Shown: positions 20,266-27,950 of the stretch, piece after piece
How positions within the stretch are numbered: the stretch's first letter is position 1
Layout: the number at the start of each line of letters is the position of its first letter
Virus record (IMG/VR): IMGVR_UViG_3300048620_000017
Span: 6,005 to 70,004 of that record
DNA: 64,000 nt
Source of the DNA: a virus
Reading direction: 5' to 3' (one strand)
Notes under the pieces: generated by a model
Seen by the model: the letters and a program-made list of their open reading frames with translations, nothing else
Told to the model about the DNA's origin: nothing
Databases searched by the model: none
Translations under genes and position numbers: made by a program

Positions 20266-20362
20266 GGCCCGCGACAGGAATCGAACCTGCATGGGATCTC
20301 GCTGCAGCGAGAGAACCGGCGGGGGACTAGCCCGCTGCGTCTACCTATTCCGCCACGCGGAC
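20266..20362 (-). ncRNA. Class II (Leu-type) tRNA-like RNA with aberrant anticodon loop and no CCA
   Basis: GTCCGCG/CGCGGGC acceptor, GCG-GAATAGGTAGA-CGC D arm, GCGGG-CTAGTCC-CCCGC arm, long variable arm, GCAGG-TTCGATT-CCTGT T arm. Confidence 0.8.
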
Positions 20363-20374
20363 CTGGTGCCTTTC

Positions 20375-20443
20375 TGGAGCGGATGCCAGGTGTCAATCCT
20401 GGCTCAGCGCCTATGGAACAGGCACCTCTCACGGAGCATCCGC
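20375..20443 (-). tRNA. Non-canonical 69-nt tRNA-Gly(UCC) with reduced D arm
   Basis: GCGGATG/CATCCGC acceptor + U73 + CCA; GTGCCT-GTTCCAT-AGGCGC anticodon arm; CCAGG-ATTGACA-CCTGG T arm. Confidence 0.78.
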
Positions 20444-20446
20444 GAA

Positions 20447-21178
20447 CAAATTATGAGGACCCGCTCAGCGATACCGAACGGGCGGCGCGCCGAGCGAGTC
20501 CCCTGGCTCCCCTTGCGGGAACCGTCGCAAGGCTGCGACTGCACGCGCCTCGCTGTCCTGGGAGGACCTCTGAAACTGTCTGGCTTGTAGCCTCCTATTG
20601 GAGAGCCATGCCCGCCGGTTTTCTGTTCGCCTCCATGCCCGGCTGCACCGGAAACAGGCATGGTCACGGCCGGGGAGTGTGCCGGCGCTCTCAGGGTCTC
20701 GAAGCCGGTCGGGGGAGGGATCAAAGCTTCGGACTGGTACACCGCCCGATCACCCTCCCCCATCTCCGGGGGTTTATATCGCAGCCAGACCGGCGTTGGA
20801 TTGCCGCGTTGTCGTCTCCCGCCCGCTATCCCAGCAGGCCTCGAACCTGGCATCTCGTTGCCCTGTCGGGCGAATAGGTTGGCGGGTGCCGGGTTAACTC
20901 CCCACCGAGCGATTTCTCGACCCGACTCTGCCTGTCCGCTCTGCGCTTCGTTACCGGACCCAGGGTCATCAGCTCTGCCGTCGCGAATGGCTTCAACGCT
21001 GGTGCGCACCCTCAAAACTGTTGCCCGGTCTCCCAACCGGGCTGGCCGCCGGGCTCTCCCATGGAAGAGCTTTTCAACAATCGGGGCGCGGCGGCTTCCC
21101 CTCCTATTATTCGGCTTGGGCGACAAGGTTTTCTGCAGACGTCATTTCAGCTGTAGTCTGCAAAGGCATTCGCCCAAT
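20447..21178 (-). ncRNA. Candidate large structured ncRNA (~730 nt) between tRNAs
   Basis: Many hairpins and junctions, G-U pairs that work only on the minus strand, T-loop-like GGTTCGAGGCC, no credible protein ORF. Confidence 0.65.
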
Positions 21179-21180
21179 TT

Positions 21181-21257
21181 TGGTTGCGGGGGTCCGATTT
21201 GAACGGACGACCTCCAGGTTATGAGCCTGGCGAGCTACCGGGCTGCTCCACCCCACG
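21181..21257 (-). tRNA. tRNA-Met(CAT), initiator (fMet) type
   Basis: CGTGGGGTGGAGCAGCCCGGTAGCTCGCCAGGCTCATAACCTGG...TTCAAAT...CCCCGCAACCA; C1:A72 mismatch; encoded CCA. Confidence 0.95.
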
Positions 21258-21266
21258 AAATCGCTT

Positions 21267-21306
21267 TGGTGCCATAATGGTTACAATCCGGCACCAATGG
21301 TGTCAA
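21267..21306 (-). promoter_or_regulatory. Sigma70-type promoter of the RNA cassette overlapped by a repressor operator
   Basis: TTGACA (21306-21301), 17 nt, TAACCA; operator TGGTGCCA-TAA-TGGTTACA at 21267-21285. Confidence 0.65.
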
Positions 21307-21312
21307 GCGGTG

Positions 21313-22407
21313 TTAGACGCCGACCATCTGCGAAATGCCCATCGGTTGGCGCACGATCGCGCCCCAGGTGCCGCTGGTCATCTTCTTCTTCCAGGACGAC
21401 AGCGCGCGGACGATCGGATGAGCGCGGAGCTTCTCGTTGAAAGCGCAATAGCCGGTCTGCTGGCCTTCGACGGCGTCAGCGATGAGCTGGACCGTATTTC
21501 CGGCCGCGATGCCCACAGGATTGACGGAGGTCAGCGCGCCATACTGCACCGCCGAAACGACCCGGAGACTCGGGAAGTTCTTCTTGAGCAGATCCTCGAC
21601 GTTGACGTTGAACGAGTTGGTCGCGGTCATTGCGAGCTGCGAACCCGGGTCCAGTGCCAGCGTCATCTTGGTGTTCTGGTCGACGAGGCCAGCGGTCTGG
21701 GTGACAAGCTGCAGCCAGAGCGACTGGATGTCGGCATAGATTTCGTTCGCCGTGGCGACGATCTGGCCGCTGTTGATCCACTTCACGCCGCCGTAGGCCT
21801 TCGGCGCCGGGGTGATCGGCGCCGACAGGTTCGGATCGTTGAGCAGACCATAGTTCTGCAGGCCCTGCACGCCCTTGAAATAGGTCGTGTTCAGGAAGCG
21901 GGCGAGCACGGTGACGCCGGCGCCGTCGACCTCGCTGACCCAATTGACGCGGCCCAGGCCAGCGCGCTCGACTTCCAGCTCGCCATATTCGGAGATGACC
22001 TGGAAGAGATAGGACTGGCGCTGCGGCCAGTTCATGTTCGCGCCGGCATGGCCGTTTTCGTTATAGTCGCCATAGCTCGACACTTCGCCGGTCTGCTCGA
22101 CAACCGGGAACATGGCCGTCTGATCGATCCATGTGCCCTTGCGGGTCTCGCCGAAGATCTCGGCGGCCTTCGTCGGGGCGAACAGGATGCGATAGACGTC
22201 CGGATCGACGAGCGTCGTCAGGAACGCCGGAATGCCGGTGTTCGCCGAGGTCGAGAGTGCCGGCTGCGCATCCATCGCGAGATAGTTGGTGCGGTACGGC
22301 TCGACGACATAGGCACGAGCGTCGGGAAGGTAGATGCCGGCCTGCTCGAACATTGGGCGATGCTGCGCCCAAGCTGAGGCGGCCTGGTTGAAGTCGTGGA
22401 ATTGCAT
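21313..22407 (-). CDS. Major capsid protein (DUF2184-like)
   Basis: FPVVEQTGEVSSYGD, YFKGVQGLQNYGLLNDPNL, GTWGAIVRQP; RBS GAGGAG. Confidence 0.93.
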   Translation of the reverse strand: MQFHDFNQAASAWAQHRPMFEQAGIYLPDARAYVVEPYRTNYLAMDAQPALSTSANTGIPAFLTTLVDPDVYRILFAPTKAAEIFGETRKGTWIDQTAMFPVVEQTGEVSSYGDYNENGHAGANMNWPQRQSYLFQVISEYGELEVERAGLGRVNWVSEVDGAGVTVLARFLNTTYFKGVQGLQNYGLLNDPNLSAPITPAPKAYGGVKWINSGQIVATANEIYADIQSLWLQLVTQTAGLVDQNTKMTLALDPGSQLAMTATNSFNVNVEDLLKKNFPSLRVVSAVQYGALTSVNPVGIAAGNTVQLIADAVEGQQTGYCAFNEKLRAHPIVRALSSWKKKMTSGTWGAIVRQPMGISQMVGV

Positions 22408-22472
22408 GGTGGTTCTCCTCACAGACCGCCGGCTTCAGGCCGGGCGAATGGTTCGAGGTTGATGGGAGGGGT

Positions 22473-23423
22473 TTAGCCCTGCGGCCAGGAACTGATCTTC
22501 ATCAGCTCGCCCGGCTGGGCGAAGGAACGCACGGTCCACTTGGTCTCGACGTTGGTGGCTGCCGTGAGAGCGGCCGAGCTGACGACGGTGTTGACGTCGA
22601 CGGCATACGTACCAGCGCCGCCGGCGGGACCGGTGAGCTGCTGCGTGATGGTGGTGGTGGCACTGATGCCGGTACCGGTGAGCGTGTCACCGATGCCGAA
22701 CACACCAGCGATGGTGCCGCCGGCGGTGAAGACGCCATAGGTGCCCGAAATCGCCGTGCCTGCGGCGACGTTCTGGCCCGGGATGCTGACCGAATACGTG
22801 CCGATGCCGCCGGGAGTGCCGGAAAGCTGAGACACGATCTTGGTGCCTGCGACGACATTGACGCCGGAAATGGTCGTGCCGGGATAGACGGTGCCAGCGC
22901 CGACTGCGGAGACATTCAGCACATTTCCGACGATCGAGCCGGTGAAGCTGCTGGTCGCCGCGGCGATCGAGCCGGCCGACGTGGTCGCGCCGTTCGGCGA
23001 GCCGGTAGCAGCTGCGCTTGCAGTGCCGTCGGCATAGTTGGCATAGACCTTCTGTCCAACCTGAGCCGGCGTGGCGCCGCCGTTCTTCATCCAGAAGTCG
23101 CCTTCATTGAAGACGGTGACCGGGAAGCCGGCAGGAACCAGCATCGAATATTCCTGCAGGTAGACCTCGATCAGGCCCTGCTGTTCGCGATGGATGAAGC
23201 CCGCGACCGGGCCACTGCCGAAGTTGTTGACCACGGCCGGCGCGTTGTCGCTGTCGAGCTGGCTATAGCTCAGCCAGGCGAAGCGGCCGACGATGGCGCC
23301 GAGAGCGCCGCAGACCAGCGCGCCAGCGGCGGCAAGGACGGTGGTGCGAGGATTGGTGGAAGCGAAGTCGCCCTCGACAGCCGGGGCTGGGTTGTAGGCG
23401 GCTTGCGTCTGAAAACCAGACAT
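22473..23423 (-). CDS. Capsid decoration/cement protein with two inserted modules
   Basis: PAVEGDFASTNP, GFIHREQQGLI, EGDFW, ETKWTV motifs; upstream of capsid. Confidence 0.8.
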   Translation of the reverse strand: MSGFQTQAAYNPAPAVEGDFASTNPRTTVLAAAGALVCGALGAIVGRFAWLSYSQLDSDNAPAVVNNFGSGPVAGFIHREQQGLIEVYLQEYSMLVPAGFPVTVFNEGDFWMKNGGATPAQVGQKVYANYADGTASAAATGSPNGATTSAGSIAAATSSFTGSIVGNVLNVSAVGAGTVYPGTTISGVNVVAGTKIVSQLSGTPGGIGTYSVSIPGQNVAAGTAISGTYGVFTAGGTIAGVFGIGDTLTGTGISATTTITQQLTGPAGGAGTYAVDVNTVVSSAALTAATNVETKWTVRSFAQPGELMKISSWPQG

Positions 23424-23440
23424 GGGCGGTTCTCCTCATG

Positions 23441-23467
23441 AAAAGAGCCGGCTCGCTGGCCGGCTCT
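23441..23467 (-). terminator. Putative intrinsic terminator
   Basis: AGAGCCGGC stem-loop followed by TTTT on the minus strand. Confidence 0.5.
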
Positions 23468-23497
23468 ATGGGGGGGTTGGAAGGGGAAAGCCGCTCG

Positions 23498-25429
23498 TTA
23501 GAGCGACTTGACGATGTGGGTCTTCGCGGCCGGGAACATCTCGTGGAACGAGTTCACCCCGGCGGCGTCCATGGCGACGCGCGGCTGCTGGACCGGGTTG
23601 GTGCCCGGCAGCGGCTGGGCCTTGAGAATGGCCGGGAAGGCGGCGGCGGGAACGCCTTCAATGTCGACGCCGAGCGAGGTGAGCGCAGTGCGATAGACAG
23701 CGTCCGCGCTATCATGGGCCATGGCGAGCTTGCCAATGTAGGGGCGTACAGCTTCTTCCGCGGTGCGGATGTCGGCTGCGAGTTTCAGCATCTCGGCGCG
23801 AACTTCGCGCTTGGTGCGATCGACTGCGGCCGAGATCGCCGAATCCATGGCCTTCTTGTCGACCTTGTCGTCGTCGTCTTTCTCGGCGTCCTCGGCGGCC
23901 TTCTTTTTGGCCTCTTCCTCGGCAGCGTCTTCGGCGGCCTTTTTCTTCTTTTCCTCCTCCTCGGAGTCCTCGGCCTTTTTCTTCTTCTTCTCGTCTTCCT
24001 CGTCGTCCTCTTCGTCCATGGCTTCCTGGACTTCGTCGAGCGCAACGAGAAGCGCCTCGAGGCCGTCGAGCTTGGCGTCGGCGGCGAGCTTGCCCTTCGC
24101 AGCCTTGCCGATCGCATCGATGATGGCGGGCCGCTTGGCCTTGAAGTTTTTGGCAGTGACGCCGACGAGAGCCGCACTGACGTCGATCTTCTGATCGGCG
24201 GCCAGCTTGGGCATGACGTGGGCAATGATCGCGCCGTGGGCGACGGACGCCATGCGCGACAGCAGAGCTGTTTTCTTCATCGTGATGATCTCCTGTTTGC
24301 TGTCGCCGACGACTACATCGGGCCCGGCGCGGCCCTCCTCAACCAAGGCGACGTGATTGGCGGAAATGTCCCGCATAACGCCGTCGTAGGATTCTCCAGC
24401 CAGCGTGCCGGGCGTCATGTCGGCCCGGTAGCGGTAGCTGCTCGAAAGTTCTTTCTGCCGATCGGATTCGATCAGCGCGATTGCGGCGCCATCCCAGATG
24501 TTCAACGGCGCCATCAGGTACGGTGCATGGAACTCCACCGCATCGCCGATCGAGCCGACGGTGATTTCGCGCGGATGATCCTTGGCGCTGACCGGGACGT
24601 GCTTGAGCAGCAGCGGCTTGCCGATGAAGGTCGAGGCGGCCTTCGCCAACTCGTCGGCATCGCGGTAGAGGTTGTAGAGCCGCTGTGGATCGAGCCCAAG
24701 CGCCTCGAAATCGGGGATTTCCCGGCCATAGTACGGGCAGACATTGGCCTTGGAGATCGGCGTCATCTCGACGCGCAGATGACCGTCCTGGTCGAAAGTG
24801 CGCACGCTGTTGCGATCCATCGCCAGCGCGTCGTTCGCCGCAACGACGTCGGGCTCTGGCTCGATGTCTTCGCCCTTCGTCCATTTCACGAAGTTGGAGC
24901 GCAGCGCGTCCCAAGCCTCGACAGCCATATCGGCAGCGATGCCGAGGCGTTCGGCGAGCATGTCGCGGAGCCCGGGATGCAACGGCTCGGGCAGCGAGCG
25001 CAGAGGCGCCCAGGCATAGCCGGAATGCTCGTCGGTAAGAACCGGTGCGAATTTCTTCTCGACGGATTGGGCGAAGGTGTGATGCACCCAACCGTTCGGC
25101 GTGCCGCGCGCATCGATGTGTTGGCGCGTGCCCGACGGAAGCGTGCCGATTTCCTCGGTGGTCTCGCGGGCCGCCGTCGTCTCGGCGTCCTCGCCCTCTT
25201 CCGACTTGCCGCCAGGCCAGCACCAATGGCCGGGCCAGTTGGTGTCGTTCGAGGCGCGGCGCAGCACCAGGACATCGCCATCGGGCGCAACCAGCATCAG
25301 CGAGGCTGCTTGCCCCGCGCTGTCCTTGCCGACGAACTCTTCGCCTACCTTTTTCGGAATGCCGAGCGTGCTCCGGCCCTCGGCCGCAGCGTACATCGCG
25401 CGGCGCTGGGCCTCAGAAGTGGCACGCAT
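23498..25429 (-). CDS. Nudix domain fused to DUF2213 prohead protease/scaffold
   Basis: Nudix box GKSEEGEDAETTAARETTEEIG; DUF2213 ISKANVCPYYGREIP, QKELSSSY, NHVALVEEGRAG; acidic/basic scaffold tail. Confidence 0.88.
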   Translation of the reverse strand: MRATSEAQRRAMYAAAEGRSTLGIPKKVGEEFVGKDSAGQAASLMLVAPDGDVLVLRRASNDTNWPGHWCWPGGKSEEGEDAETTAARETTEEIGTLPSGTRQHIDARGTPNGWVHHTFAQSVEKKFAPVLTDEHSGYAWAPLRSLPEPLHPGLRDMLAERLGIAADMAVEAWDALRSNFVKWTKGEDIEPEPDVVAANDALAMDRNSVRTFDQDGHLRVEMTPISKANVCPYYGREIPDFEALGLDPQRLYNLYRDADELAKAASTFIGKPLLLKHVPVSAKDHPREITVGSIGDAVEFHAPYLMAPLNIWDGAAIALIESDRQKELSSSYRYRADMTPGTLAGESYDGVMRDISANHVALVEEGRAGPDVVVGDSKQEIITMKKTALLSRMASVAHGAIIAHVMPKLAADQKIDVSAALVGVTAKNFKAKRPAIIDAIGKAAKGKLAADAKLDGLEALLVALDEVQEAMDEEDDEEDEKKKKKAEDSEEEEKKKKAAEDAAEEEAKKKAAEDAEKDDDDKVDKKAMDSAISAAVDRTKREVRAEMLKLAADIRTAEEAVRPYIGKLAMAHDSADAVYRTALTSLGVDIEGVPAAAFPAILKAQPLPGTNPVQQPRVAMDAAGVNSFHEMFPAAKTHIVKSL

Positions 25430-25446
25430 CGTTAGGTTTTCCATAT

Positions 25447-25507
25447 TTTGTAAGGCAACGCCTCACAATTCAGTTGACTTAACGCCTGTGAGGCGCTACC
25501 TTACAAA
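25447..25507 (+). promoter_or_regulatory. higBA promoter with long inverted repeat (probable HigA operator)
   Basis: TTTGTAAGG..CGCCTCACA / TGTGAGGCG..CCTTACAAA around TTGACT. Confidence 0.6.
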
Positions 25508-25508
25508 C

Positions 25509-25787
25509 ATGATCCGGTCATTCAAAAACAAAGCCCTGCAACGCTTCTTCGAGACCGGCAAAGCGCGCGGTCTCAGCGTTCAAGACGATAAGCGGGTTGC
25601 CCGCATCCTTCGGGCTTTGGAAGCAGCTTCGAAGCCGGAAGACATGGACCTGCCCGGCTATCGCTTCCATGGCCTGTCGGGCGATCAAAAGGGGCGCTAT
25701 TCTGTTCGGGTGAACGGAAACTGGCGCATCACTTTCGGGTGGGACGGCGAAGACGTTATCGAGGTCGAACTAGAGGACTATCACTGA
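25509..25787 (+). CDS. higB: HigB (RelE/ParE-fold) toxin
   Basis: MIRSFKNKAL...HGLSGDQKGRYSVRVNGNWRITF...EDYH. Confidence 0.95.
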   Translation: MIRSFKNKALQRFFETGKARGLSVQDDKRVARILRALEAASKPEDMDLPGYRFHGLSGDQKGRYSVRVNGNWRITFGWDGEDVIEVELEDYH

Positions 25788-26098
25788 TGAACACGGCACC
25801 CATCAAGCGCGGCCTGCCCGCGATGCATCCTGGCGAGCTTCTGCGCGAAGACGTCATTCCGGCGCTCGACAAGTCGAAGACCGAGATTGCCAAGCTGCTC
25901 GGCATTTCCCGTCGCACGCTCTACGACATCCTGGACGAGAAGCAGCCTGTCACCGTTGGCATGGCGCTGCGCATCGGCAAGCTGATCGGCAATGGCCCGG
26001 TGTTCTGGCTCAACCTTCAGCGCATGTACGACCTGGAGCAGGCAGAGAAGGCGCTGAGCGCCGAGATCGAGGCGATCCCGACGCTGCACGCGGCGTGA
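25787..26098 (+). CDS. higA: HigA antitoxin (XRE HTH)
   Basis: MHPGELLRED...MALRIGKL...FWLNLQRMYDL; TGATG coupling to toxin. Confidence 0.95.
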   Translation: MNTAPIKRGLPAMHPGELLREDVIPALDKSKTEIAKLLGISRRTLYDILDEKQPVTVGMALRIGKLIGNGPVFWLNLQRMYDLEQAEKALSAEIEAIPTLHAA

Positions 26099-26130
26099 TC
26101 TTTACTGGCCCGAGCAAATGGGGGAATTGC

Positions 26131-26787
26131 ATGGCAACCGATCGGTTTGACCGTCTTGCTTTGGTTCTTGCAGCAGGAACAGGCGGGTTCTGTTTCGGTG
26201 AGTGGCTGGCGCCGGCGATGGTGAACCAGCGAATTCAATGGGAAACACTCGCGACCGGCGTTCTGGCTATTGCTGCTGCGGCGTGGTCTGTTCGTGCGGC
26301 TATGAGGCTGGACGGTGAGCAGGAACGCCGTCACAACGCCGCTCAGCGGTTGATCACACGGGCAGATCGGGCGAGCGCTGCCCGAGCAGCTTTTCTTGCC
26401 GACGACTTCTTCGACCTCACCTACTTGGCTGAAGTCGATGATCTTCCCGCTGACGCTGGGCGCGAAGATGTGATGGCATCCAATACGAGGCTCGTTGACC
26501 GTGCCAAAGACTGGACAATGGACATCAAGGACAAGTTGAAATCGGTTCTGATCATCGAGGCCAGACCGCTGTTCGATCCGCTTACAGCGGTGCACTACGA
26601 ACAGATGGAAGGGATGTTGCAAGAGATCGAAGATCCGCTGCGCATGCTAGGAAATGCGATCCCTTTCGAAGGGGTCGAGCGGCAGCTTCAACTGCGCTCG
26701 CACGTCGTTTCGTTGATGGAAGATTTACGAACCCACCTTGAAATGTTCGCTGACGATCTAGCGGAACTTGGGGAGACCTATTTGTAG
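26131..26787 (+). CDS. Membrane-anchored hypothetical protein (moron)
   Basis: Two N-terminal hydrophobic segments plus acidic helical domain; codirectional with higBA. Confidence 0.7.
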   Translation: MATDRFDRLALVLAAGTGGFCFGEWLAPAMVNQRIQWETLATGVLAIAAAAWSVRAAMRLDGEQERRHNAAQRLITRADRASAARAAFLADDFFDLTYLAEVDDLPADAGREDVMASNTRLVDRAKDWTMDIKDKLKSVLIIEARPLFDPLTAVHYEQMEGMLQEIEDPLRMLGNAIPFEGVERQLQLRSHVVSLMEDLRTHLEMFADDLAELGETYL

Positions 26788-26788
26788 G

Positions 26789-27613
26789 TCACGAAAACCC
26801 CTTGATGACCGGCTTGCCCACGCATTTGCAGTTGATCAGTTCACCCGGCTGGATGTGCTTGCCGACGGCCGGGTCATACCAGCCCTCGGAAATGGTGTAG
26901 CGGGTGCCTTCACGCCCAGCCTTGAGATGCGTCGGGCGGGGCTCTTTGCCGCCGCCGCTGTGCATCCAGATCGCCTCTGTTACGCCGACCTCGACCAGCC
27001 GCGCCTTGTTGAAGGCCGATGTCGCCTTGTTGTTCTGGTCGAGCGCGATGAAGGCGGCGCGACGCTTGGTGACGCCGAGCCGTTCCTGCAGGTCCTTGGT
27101 GACTTGGCCGACATCGCGGCCGGTCTGGACGCCGCGCATCACGATGCCCTCGACCTGGTCGAAATACTGCGACGGGATCGATTTGATCAGCGCCACATTG
27201 GCGTGGATCGTGGCATCGACGACGTCGCGCATCGCAGCGGTCATCTTGAACTCGACCGAGATGCCGCCATCGCGCAGGATCTTGCGCAGCGCTCCGCTGG
27301 AGCGCCTTTCAACCGAGAGCGCGAAATAGTCGCCCAGCTTCACCGCCGCATCGTCGAAGCGCTTGGTCCATTGCGAGGCGAGCTTGCGGATCGAACGGCG
27401 CAGCGCATCCGCCGGCGTTTCATCCTGCGCCATGCGGGGCGTATTGGCCCGGTAGGAGGCTCGGAGCCAGTAGACCACGCTATCGCTCATGGCATCGATG
27501 AGGCGCGTCAGGCGGCCTCGGTAGGCCGCTTCAATCCCGGCGTTTGGTCGGACGGGGCGGAGAACCTTTTCGTTCCGCTTCGCCATCCGTCGGCTTTGCA
27601 GGCTGGACATCAC
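26789..27613 (-). CDS. Minor head protein (Mu gpF/SPP1 gp7-like)
   Basis: RAAFIALDQNNKA, WMHSGGGKEPRPTH, PGELINCKC. Confidence 0.9.
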   Translation of the reverse strand: MMSSLQSRRMAKRNEKVLRPVRPNAGIEAAYRGRLTRLIDAMSDSVVYWLRASYRANTPRMAQDETPADALRRSIRKLASQWTKRFDDAAVKLGDYFALSVERRSSGALRKILRDGGISVEFKMTAAMRDVVDATIHANVALIKSIPSQYFDQVEGIVMRGVQTGRDVGQVTKDLQERLGVTKRRAAFIALDQNNKATSAFNKARLVEVGVTEAIWMHSGGGKEPRPTHLKAGREGTRYTISEGWYDPAVGKHIQPGELINCKCVGKPVIKGFS

Positions 27614-27704
27614 GATCCCTCAGCGTCTCGGCGATCTCGCGATCGTCGGGCGTCTGTGCTTTGAGGAGTTCCAGAAGATGGAGCGTGATCACGCGCCAGC
27701 TTTA

Positions 27705-27950
27705 TCACGCGAGCTTGAATTTGCCACCTGCAGCGCGCGCGCCGCGAGCGATGTTATCCTCAGCTTTGCTCATCGCCTCGTCAAACGAGCCGTCCACCGT
27801 CACAGATATACTGGCTTCGGCACGACCACCGGCCGCCATGACAAACCGTTCCAGTTCGAGAACGGTTTCGATCACTTGGTCTTTGGTGAGGTTTTCGGCG
27901 GGCGCCACAAGTTCGAGCAGCCGGAGCCGGATTTCGCGTGCCTCGTTCAT
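27705..27950 (-). CDS. Hypothetical protein
   Basis: ATGA-coupled to portal stop. Confidence 0.55.
   Translation of the reverse strand: MNEAREIRLRLLELVAPAENLTKDQVIETVLELERFVMAAGGRAEASISVTVDGSFDEAMSKAEDNIARGARAAGGKFKLA

Noticed and set aside
20948-20975. Hammerhead-like CUGAUGA in the large RNA
   Set aside because: Followed by CGAAG rather than a stem II plus GAAA core, and I could not build stems I and III
20404-21126. 240-aa minus-strand ORF across the structured RNA region
   Set aside because: R/P/G-rich with no recognisable motif or RBS, runs into the mini tRNA-Gly, and is best explained by stop-codon scarcity in GC-rich stems
21181-21257. tRNA-Met as the prophage attachment site
   Set aside because: Lies between capsid and neck genes, far from the integrase, with no partial duplicate in the window
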